NCBI RefSeq assembly: GCF_009914755.1
Contig: NC_060936.1
Direction: 5' to 3' (one strand)
From: the human T2T-CHM13v2.0 reference genome, Homo sapiens
DNA length: 64,000 bases
Positions 53,487 to 64,000 of the stretch are shown here, one piece after another. The position numbers and the translations under genes were made by a program. A model generated the notes under the pieces. The model did no database searches. It saw only the letters and a list, made by a program, of their open reading frames with translations, and was not told the DNA's origin. Position 1 is the first letter of the stretch. Each line of letters starts with the position of its first letter.

Positions 53487-56400
53487 ATCCTGGAGCTGAG
53501 ACTAATCATTGCAACTCTTTTGAAAGTTTATTAAGAAAGAAGAGCTAAATGAGGGTTGTGGAAAAACTGTTGCCGACCCAACACATACTCAACGATTTAC
53601 TCAATACAAATTTGCAACATGTTGAGTTCACTCTCTCCATAGCCAAGAAGAGAGAAACTTCCCTGAATTGTTTCTATCTTCTACTTCTTTTCCCCCAGAC
53701 TCTCTCTCCATTATTTGGCCCTGACCTCCCTTCACTGGGCTTCCATTACATCTCAGATGAGATACAAAGCCCCTTATGATCACCCAGAATATATTTTCCC
53801 CTCTAAGACCTCCAAGCATTAGGACATCCTGAGCTCTTCCCTGGGAAGGCATTTTCCTCCCTTGCTGATGGGACTCATTCTTTGGGATTAATTCAAACAT
53901 CACTTGCTCAGTGAGCTCAGTGAAGTAGCCCTGGCTCCCTTCCTTCCCCAGGCAGGAAGAAGAGTGGCTTCCTTTGGCCACCCAGCCAATCCTGTACTTC
54001 CTAACCTCATTTGGATGAGTGAGATTAATATTTGTTTTCTAGAGTACAAGCTCCCAGAGGGCAGGTACTGGGTTTATTTCTCTTTGTATGCTATGCACCT
54101 GGCTCTGTATTTGTTGATTGAGTGCTTGAGTCGGAGAGAAAGGCTGCACGGGAGAACAACTTGCCATCCACCAAGGTTCTATAGGAATGTAAGCAAGTTA
54201 CTCACATGTGACTTTATTGAGTTGGCTAAATTACTGCAGTAGAAGAAGCCCTGAACTGATAAGGCCTCTTCCAGAGGTCCGGCAACAGGATAAGGGACAT
54301 TTTTGCTGAACTCAGTCCTCAAAGTTTTTCCCTAACCACACCCATCTTATTCATCAGGGACAGTTAAGTTAAATCAGTTTGATCCAAAACAAAATGCTTT
54401 ATTGGATATCATACCTTTCTGCTTCACCACAACAATTTCAAAGATTTTATTTGTGCGAGCAATTTAGAATCAGAATAAATAGGGAGGGTGCCAGCAGAGG
54501 GTTTGTTTATGTGCTTTTATACCACTGTGAAAGGAAGACACAGCAGAGTTTACATTTATGCCATGTAAATTGCCATAGAACCAGATGTGGCTTACAAGGT
54601 ACCTTGTAACTCATCTCCTCTAAGCAATAAAGTCTTTTTTTTTTCCTTCTGGCAAAAGTTTGAGAAACTTACTGCTGTTTTCTATCAGCAGATACAACAG
54701 ATGGCTGGCACATGCCTGCTTTGCTAAATGAAATGGGCTCTCTGCAGAATTACTCTTTGATCCCTAGTGGCATGTCTACAACACCACAATGCAAATACCA
54801 CAGCATAGCAGAATCTAAACGTTAAAGGTTGAAAGCTGTGCTTTTGATATGAGTACCTCCTGAAAAAAATTATGCCCACAGTATGTAAACATACTCACAT
54901 TCCCACTTTGAAACCATGGAACAGGGGTCAGAAAATGAGGCATTTCCTCCATTTGGTGACATAAAACCACCACTAAGGTATGACAGCAAACCCCACGAGT
55001 GCAAAGGTATGAAACCACTTGGGTCATAACTACCAAAACAATCATAACTCTATTAGGAAAAAATGTAGACAGTACACATTAAGGGATTTCCATAGTAATA
55101 ATAAGTGTTACCATAACTGCAGGGTTGGAAAGAAGTGTTTAAGGGTGTTTGGCAGTTCCTTTGAAGTTGGAGAGGGAATTCTTGAATTAAAATTTACCCT
55201 ATTTTTTTAATTTTTTTTTGGTTTACGTCAAGGGGAGAAAGGGAAAAAAAACCACACTTTTAATATAAGTCTCTAACTCCAGTCCAACGGGAAACTTGAG
55301 AGTGCAAACTGTAGCCAATTTAATGGGACCAGTGTTACATCACATCAAACACCATATTACAGAAACAGATCAGTAGGATGATTCTGTTTTTTATAAAATT
55401 AGCAAATATGTGAGTCCATTGTCAGAGAAATGGCCTGTTTCTGTTTTCCCTTTTTTCCAGTGGTACTTTTCTCACTTTAAAGGTGAATTTGGATGATACT
55501 GAATGGAATCATTCACAAAGACACCAGTATCCAGACAAAGTTCTTAAGCCTTTGTTATATTTGATTTTTAAATTATTGTTGTTGTTACTTCTGATAGTTT
55601 TCAGTAATTCAAGAAGTTTTTTTAAATTGATAGGGAGCTACGCTAGTGTCACTAACTCATTTGTAATAAACCTTACATGTTGGAAAATGTTTCACTTGAT
55701 ACGCTCTCTCTTGAGCATATCTAATATTTTCTATTTTCAGTGGTTATACATAAAAACAAACACATTCCTACAGTTTAACTCAATAAAGTCAGTTATTGTA
55801 CGGTATATACATGACCTCCCACATCCCCAGGGCAGCAGACAAAATTCTCCTGTTCTTTTCCTGTATCCACAGCAACACTTCGGTTTTGTTTTTAAACATG
55901 TGGAGATTCAGAAAAATGAAGGTACCCCACTGACTTTTAGTAGTTATAAGAATTCTGCACACTATACATGATAAAAAGCACACTTTAGGATCTGGACCTG
56001 TTGGCACAGATGTCTAGAGCTTGTCTAGCAATCCAGGTGTTGGGTTTGAAATTAATATTGGTTGATTATCATCACCCAGAGAATTTCTATTCCATAGACA
56101 CCAATTTCACCCCAACCCTTGCCATCTATCTTAGAAATCCAGGCCCTTGGTCACAAGGAGGTTGGAAAACTAGTACAGATGGCTCGGCATAAATCCTTTG
56201 TCATTGCTAAAAAAAAAAAAAAAAAAAAAAGGCAACATCAAAAGGGATGCCCTATTAACTAAGTACTAGATTCCTAGTACCTTAGCATATTTATGCAGGT
56301 GATAGAACATATTATAGTTATCAAGATCAAATCTATGTGAACTTTGTAAGTAAAGATCTATTTATATAATCTACATAAATAAAAACCTTTTGGCCTTACA

Positions 56401-57233
56401 CCAAATTGGTTCATATGGAAATCAGTAGTGGTATCCTAATATTCGATTCTGATTTGTCTAACAAAACTTCTCATTAAATTTTTACTTGAAAGCCATTGGG
56501 CTTAGAAAGGGTTATTTTCCAAATAAAATGTTTAATTAGTGCCTTATTTAGAAAACTAAAATTGTTGCTCATGGCCCCTGCCTGTCTCAAATTTAGAGAA
56601 AAATAATAAAGCATGCCTCATTGAAAGATATCATCTATTGAAAAGTTTTATACAAGAATAAAGAGTATTTTCCATTAATTACTAAAAATCCATTAAGGCT
56701 AAGCTTTTGCAGTAGAAATTCTTTTCTCATCTAAAAGCCTTGAGAGGAGGCATGTCAGAAAATGAGTATCAGAAGGTTAAATGGAGGCAAAGTTGTCCAT
56801 GAAAATGGGAATTGCAGGGAGAGGGAGAATTCAGGAAAAATGATTTCAGGCAAGGAAGATTTGGGGGGACCTCAAAAGAAATTGATGAGAATCTGATGAG
56901 CATTAATAAATTCTTTGGTCTCCATAGTTACGATGACCCATGAAAATCATTGGTGTTATCATTTTGTTGAGTGATAAGTAGTGTAAAAATGATACCAGAT
57001 AATAAAGTATTTATAATACAAAACATCATACAATTTTAAACTCACACACTGTTTATACACATTTGATGTAAAATAATCTTTTAAATTACAAATGAATTCA
57101 TTGTAGAAAAACCAAAACATAATAGATGAAGATGTAACTGGTGTTTACATCTTGGAAGATCAGATGTTAATTTTTTCTATATCTGCCAACATATTTTGTA
57201 ATGGAATCAAACAGAATATACTATATTATACAC

Positions 57234-58047
<814 letters not shown>

Positions 58048-58504
58048 CTACTTAATTTGTATGAGACTCTTCCCATGGCCCCAAATGGATGTCTAGAATA
58101 TCCTTACAACTGCTTCATTTTATTATTCTGCCACTATTGCTGGACCCTAAGTTGTATCTATTTTTTAATTTTTATAAACAGCATGATGAGGAACACTCTT
58201 GGACCTAAATTTTTATTTATATCCATGCTTATTTCCTTGGCATGAATCTCTGGATGTAAAATTGTCCAGTCAAAAAGTCTATACCCTGCCTTTTGCCATC
58301 AGAGTCTAACAGCCCTGCAAAAAGGTTTACATGCACATTAGCAGCATATGATAATGCACTATTCTCCACATACTAAAACCACTTTTAAAAGATCTGACGA
58401 AGTTGATGTGGGGAAATGAATCTCACTGTAATTTTTATTTGCATTTGTTTGAAGTGGAACACGAGATGCATTTTAAGTGGCACCAAGAACACTTTGGATT
58501 ACTG

Positions 58505-59032
58505 TAGTGGTCCCCCACCTTTTGGGCACCAGGGACTAGTTTTGTGGAAGACATTTTTTCCATGGACCGGGCGGTGGAGGAATAATTTCTGGATGCTTCA
58601 AGCACATCATATTTATCATGCACTTTATTTCTTTTATTACTACATTGTAATATGTAATGAAATAAGCATACAACTCACCATCATGTAGAATCAGTGGGAG
58701 CCCTGAGCTTGTTTTCCTGCAACTAGACGGTCCTATATGGAGGTGATGGGAGACAGCGATAGATCATCAGGCATTTGATTCTTATAAGGAGTGTGCAGCC
58801 TAGATCCCTCGCATGTGCAATTCACAATAGGGTTCACACTCCTATGAGAATCTTATGCTGCTGCCGATCTGACAGGAGGCGGAGCTTAGTCAGTAAGGAG
58901 AGGGATGGGGAGCATCTGTCAACGCAGACAAAGCTTCAGTCACTGGCCTGCCACTCACCTCCTGCTGTGCTCCCCAGTTCCCAAAAGGCCATGGACCAGC
59001 ACTGGTCTGTGGCCCAGAGGTTGGGGATCCTT
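58505..59032 (-). mobile_element. MER1A (hAT-Charlie), second copy, inverted
   Basis: tagtggtccccc ... aggttggggatcc termini; internal sequence reverse-complementary to the first copy; flanks share ttactg. Confidence 0.88.
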
Positions 59033-59867
59033 CGTTACTGGACTAATAATTTATTGGAAGTAAATAACACCTTACTGCTTCTATAAGGTCTTCAATCCTG
59101 AGGTTATTTTAATGTTGTCCACATGTTGCTAAAACACTTAAATATAAAATTTAAAACTTCATTAATGAGCTATGTGTTTTGTTTATGTATTGTTGAAATG
59201 CCTAAATATTTGATATCATTTGGATGAAATAATCAGATAATGAAATGAAATTTTCATTTTCCATGTAAATGTTTTGATGTGGTTTGGCTTTAGCCATAGA
59301 TACCTTTCAAAATACTAATTGGTATTGAAGTCATTTTTCCCATCTTCAGAATTTCTGTGCATTTCAAAAATTATGGTGCTGGGATCACATAACTTTAGTA
59401 AGCAAAATTAGCCATACTTAAATAATATTAAACATAAAAAAATAATATTTTAAAGCATCTTGCTGCTTGGTATTGTGTAGATTCTTCCCCCTCACCACCC
59501 TTTCCCCAGAAAGCAGATTTTATGTAGTTAGTTGTGGTAACCTATTCAAAGCCGAATGAGTAGAGAGAGAAAGGTAGCTTAATTGAGGTGCTAACATTGT
59601 CCTGCATCATTAGATCATCCACATAGGTGAGCAACACTTGAGCAGGAGAAAAAAATATTACAAACTTCCTCTTCATGCCAGTTCCACTCTCCTCCCTAAT
59701 TCCCTGCAGGACATATTCCTGAGATTGTATGACATGTCAGTCCATTTTGTACTCACCAGTATGCCAATATTTGCAAACATGCATTATACTGTTAAGCAAT
59801 AGGATAAAAGCAACATGGAATTTAAGCCTTTGCTTCAAATTCTATTCTTCAACAGACAAACATAAGT

Positions 59868-59937
59868 GAGAGAGAAAGAGATAGAGAGAGGAGGGAGGGA
59901 GAGGGGGAGAGAGAGAGAGAGAGTGCGCACGAGAGAG
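59868..59937. repeat. (GA)n purine-rich simple repeat
   Basis: gagagagaaagagatagagagaggagggagggagaggggagagagag. Confidence 0.85.
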
Positions 59938-61450
59938 CTATTGGCACTTTCTGCTTTTCCTACAGTTAACCAGTTACCAAACCCTTTCAGATGGAAGGGT
60001 GCAGTTCAAACTGCCTTTTATTGATTCTTACGAACCCATAAAGGTATAGGTTAAAAAATGTCTTTTCAAAAATATAGAATTAATTGGCCACTTAGTTAAT
60101 GACCATCTGATGAGCGGTCAGCCATAAGTAAACAGATTCAGCTGAAAAGGAGAAAATGAAAGGCCATTCGTTGGTTTATTACTGATTTCACAATATTCCC
60201 AACTTAATTGTTTATGAAGTATCTATGAAGAGGGACTTGTAGGGAGAAAAGGAATAATCTCCCTATAGAGCAATGGAAACCTCGATGAACCTATCTGCAA
60301 AATGGGGGTATTAACAATAGATGACTTTCCTGTTATAAACCTCAGTGAATCCAAAACCTCAATTTTTTTTAACCACATAGCAATGGAAGTGTTGAAGGTT
60401 CTAGATTTGATCTATTTCAGAAGAAGAAGAAAAAGAGAACAGACTTGAAGGGAAAAAGACAGCTAAAAAGGTCATGTCTATACTATAACAGGTAATTAGA
60501 GGGAAACAAAGTGGTTTCTCAATTCAAAATAGTTATTTTTTATAAAGTGTTTTCGGTATCACATTCTTCTTGAAAATAATCATTTAAGGAACTTTAGAAT
60601 AAAAGACCTCAAAATGTGGTTTTAATTATAATTATAATGATTTTCATAAGTAGACACATTCTACCAACTAATAAGCTGAAGAATGCATTGCTTACCATTT
60701 GTCCTCTAGAGTAAATTCTCCAATTGTACAAAAGAAATTAAATTTACATAAGCATTTTATTCTTTCTTTCTAAAATTAGAAGCCATAAAAATGTACAAAA
60801 GGTAACATATAAAAGATGCTAATGTGCTAAGGAATAAAAGGAATGCTTCTTCATAAAAAATAGATTCCAGTTTTCTTTTCCATATGAAAGCATTTAAAAT
60901 GGTAACTTGAAAACATAGGCTGCAATATTTTATAACGTTCTTACATGACACCTTTTGGGTCTAACTTCTACCAGAAATATGCAACATTCACGTTCCAGTG
61001 AATAACATTCAACATACTGACTTTTTAAAAGTGCACAATGTCAAAAATACTTACAAACTTTAAAATTTGTTGTAAAGTATGAAGAATGTCACAAGTGATT
61101 AGAAACTACTATGCAAAAAGAGTCCTTTAAGTATGTTAAATTTTAATGTCAATGATCACAGAAACACAGTGATGTTGGTATTGGAGGTCTTTATATTTCC
61201 AGCAGCCTCAGGACACTGAGTCTTATCAAAATAATGGGCTTAGGCACAAGGCTTGTTCTTTTCTTTTGAAGATCATTAATTGATATGGCAACTTGAAATA
61301 AATGGAAATTAATTCTTTATTTGCTTTGGCAATCAGATGAGAAATTTCTCTTAATAACTGTAAAATGTACCAGGCTACACACTATACAGTACTATTTCCA
61401 CCTGCCATAAGGCAGTGGAAATATTAAAGGGTAATTTTCTCAGAACTTAC

Positions 61451-61590
61451 CTGCCCTGCAGCTTGCCAGGTAAAATTCATGGAATGGATATTGACAGGAA
61501 TAGCTGGCATTCTCTGTTGCGCTTTTCTGAAATCATGTGTAAAAGGTGCCATTTTCCCCTCTGAAACAATCAGGATATCTTCTTCAAATC
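61451..61590 (-). CDS. WIF1: WIF1 exon 2 (WIF domain)
   Basis: cag| (G)[46 protein letters not shown] |GTAAGT; 140 nt, phase 1 to 0. Confidence 0.98.
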
Positions 61591-62077
61591 CTGGTTTTTA
61601 AAATAATAAAACGATCAAACCAGGTAGACTTGAAATCATCTAAATCAGAAGTTTCAAGCAAAAAGAAAACCAAAGAATTAGTGTGGGTCATTTCTGTTCA
61701 CAAGCATCTGCCTTCAGTACCATCAACGCTACTAAGATTAATTTTTCTCTGTGGATGATGAGAATGATGCCAACAGACCCATGCTTTCAGGGAAAAGGGA
61801 TGGACATGGAGTTAACCGACGCAAAAAAATGCCGGGTGCACCTAAAAACGCAGGGCTATAAAAATTAACAACAGCATGATCAGAACACTAGATCAGCTTT
61901 GGTTTCTTAAAAGAGAAGTTTATAAGCTTTCAGATGGAAAATATCTAATTAAAAGAGGGGAACACTCTTTTATGGAAATTAAGTTTTAAAACACAAGAAA
62001 CGCAGGTATCCCTCTTTCTTGAAGAGTGGAGAGAGGAGGACATAGGCAGGGGAAGGCGCTGGAGGCGGGGGCCTTAC

Positions 62078-62225
62078 CTATGAGTACTCTTGCCTGGTGA
62101 GCATCGATCCATAGGTACAGGCTCTCCTCCTGCGGCGGCCCGGCCTCCGCCCGCAGTGCCAGCAGGCACAGGAGGATGCTCCAGAGCCAGAGCGCGGCGG
62201 CAGGGAAGGCGCTCCTCCGGGCCAT
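62078..62225 (-). CDS. WIF1: WIF1 exon 1 coding part (signal peptide, start of WIF domain)
   Basis: Translates [50 protein letters not shown], the WIF1 N-terminus; strong Kozak context agcATGG; 148 nt then donor G|GTAAGG. Confidence 0.98.
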
Positions 62226-62857
62226 GCTGCTCAGGACCTCCTCGCTGCCGGGAAAACTCCTCGTGCCGCACCTACGCAACCTGGCGCCGTCAGATACTCT
62301 GCTGCGCTGCAGCTCCCTCAGCCAGGGCTGTTCCCGTTTAGACGGCTGGGCGCGTCGCCTCCCGGCCTGGGTGCCAAGGAGCCTGCGAGAGCAGGAGGAG
62401 GGGGCAGGCAGGACGCGGGAGGAGGAGGGGGGGACCAGCGGGCGCGAGTCGCGCAAGAAGATGGGGCGCGGGCGGGAGTGGGGGCGGCAGAGACGTAAGA
62501 CTGGCAAAGCTGGCGAGGCCAGCAGTCAGCGGGGCAAATAGAGCGAGAACAGAAGAGCGGGAAGGGCTGGCGCGAGCGAGGTGCGAGCGAGGAGTGGGGC
62601 CCGCGAGGCCTGGGCGGCCGCCACTTGGGGGCGCTGTGGGGCCCCCCCCGGGGGCGGGGCCGCGAGGGACCCCCGAGGCTGCATTCACAGTGCGGTGCGC
62701 CCAGTGGAGCGCCCGCGAAGTGGGCGTGTAGGGCTGGCGGACCCGGAGAAGGGCACTCAGAGACCCCTGGGACATCACTCGCCACCTCCTCGGGCCAAGG
62801 GAGGCTTCGGGGGAGGGAAATGGGGAGAGCAGACAACGCTGGGCTTGACTGAGTGCT

Positions 62858-62906
62858 GATGATGGTGATGGTGATGGTGATGATGATGATGATGATGAGG
62901 TGATGA
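62858..62906. repeat. imperfect (GAT/GGT)n trinucleotide repeat in the promoter
   Basis: gatgatggtgatggtgatggtgatgatgatgatgatgatgaggtgatga. Confidence 0.92.
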
Positions 62907-63298
62907 CTCCTGTTCCTCCTCCGGCGCTCACTGAAGGCGCAAATTGCCCTTCGTCTCCCTTTCAGCCAGTAGGATTCCTCTCTCCGCCAACCCTATGCGC
63001 TCCGTTCTGCGATAGGCTGGCACTTTGCGCGCTCCCAAGCAGTTAAAACTCGAGGCTCGACTGTCCGATGGTGCCGATGGCAGGCGCTGGCCTTGGCTCG
63101 AGGCGCAGGGCGTCCAGCTGGTACTTGCCCGACACCCAGCATTTGGGGATTCCCGTCTGTCTCCCTGATAACCCTGCAGTGCCCGGAAGAGTGCCCTGGG
63201 CCCTGGACGATAGCTGTACCTGACCCTCCGGGGTAGGGCTCCTCTAACATCGTGGATATCTTCACGTTTGCTGATATTTTTTAAAAGTTGCTGAATTC

Positions 63299-63609
63299 GG
63301 CCGGGCGCGATGGCTCACGCCTGTAATCCCTGCACTTTGGGAGGCCAAGGCGGGCGGATCACCTGAGGTCAGGAGTTCGAGACCAGCTTGGCCAGCGTGG
63401 TGAAACCCCGTCTCTACTAAAAATGCAAAAATTAGCTGGGCATGGTGGCGGGGGCCTGTAGTCCTAGCTACCCGGGAGGCTGAGGCAGGAGAATCACTTG
63501 AACCGGGAGGCGGAGGTTGCATTAAGCCAAGATCGTGGCACTGCACTCCAGCCTGGGCGATAGAGCGAGACTCCGTCTCAAAAAATATATAAATAAATAA
63601 ATAAAATAA
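63299..63609 (+). mobile_element. Alu (S-like), CpG-rich
   Basis: Dimer; flanking duplication ttttttaaaagttgcYgaattc. Confidence 0.95.
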
Positions 63610-64000
63610 TTTTTTAAAAGTTGCCGAATTCACAGGTGCGTGGGGGCAAAACCAAGGCTCTGGCCTCGTCTGTGAGAAGCATGCTTGGCCGGCAGTGGGC
63701 TGCAGCATAACCTATCCACCTGGCCCAGCAGAAAGAACTGATTTTTGCCTCCTGCCTAATTCCTCGGATGCACAAAGAAAACGGAAGCAAAAGGGTTTTG
63801 TTTTGTTTTGTTTTTAATTAAAAAACTTAGCCTTCGGACTCATAAAAGGTTCATTTACTTGTGTTTGTTCTTTAGTACCCGAAGCTGTGACAAATGCCTC
63901 AAGGATCAAATGTCTGGGGCTGGGCGTGGTGTTTCAATCAGTCCTTTATAGAGTAGCAGATGCCTCAAGAGGGAAAAACAAACAGAAACAACAGAAGAGA

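Larger units (their letters stand above)
62040..63270. promoter_or_regulatory. WIF1: CpG island: WIF1 promoter and 5' UTR
   Basis: Abrupt high GC and dense CpG around exon 1 in an otherwise CpG-depleted window; perfect GC box GGGGCGGGGC at 62651-62660; TSS not determinable from sequence. Confidence 0.92.

Noticed and set aside
55483-55971. 162-aa ORF with a hydrophobic stretch
   Set aside because: Non-ATG start, composition of AT-rich intronic DNA, no recognisable domain
62226-62507. 94-codon in-frame extension upstream of the WIF1 ATG (ORF track 61986..62507)
   Set aside because: Begins at a non-ATG codon in GC-rich, stop-poor DNA and may extend beyond the TSS; the real ATG has a strong Kozak context followed by a signal peptide; the ORF's C-terminal part is intron 1 read-through
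62090-62931. Several overlapping 75-197 aa ORFs in the CpG island
   Set aside because: Expected from high GC content; low-complexity Pro/Arg/Gly/Ser translations with no recognisable domain

Overview
Primate (human-like) genomic DNA, AT-rich and repeat-rich, carrying the 5' part of WIF1 (Wnt inhibitory factor 1) on the minus strand. The CpG-island promoter and exon 1 lie at ~62.0-63.3 kb, exon 2 at 61.5 kb, then a 42.6-kb intron 2, and exons 3-7 between 18.8 and 3.5 kb. I spliced the seven exons by hand: all junctions are GT-AG and in frame, giving signal peptide, WIF domain and EGF repeats 1-3. The remaining exons lie left of position 1. Almost all ORF-track entries are repeat-derived or chance ORFs. 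The introns hold ~18 Alu/FLAM/FRAM copies, L1/L2/MIR/CR1 relics, MaLR/ERVL LTRs, DNA transposon fossils and microsatellites. The best-supported oddity is a full-length U6 snRNA/L1 chimeric retrocopy with a target-site duplication (TSD). Other leads are hypotheses: an AATAAA+(UG)27 candidate TDP-43-sensitive intronic polyA site, a (CA)19 hnRNP L-type element after exon 4, a stem-loop just inside intron 2, an inverted MER1A pair, a stop-free exon 4-6/4-7 circle, and a tiny young L1 insertion. I cannot support a wholly new biological system from sequence alone. Repeat boundaries and subfamilies are by-eye estimates.
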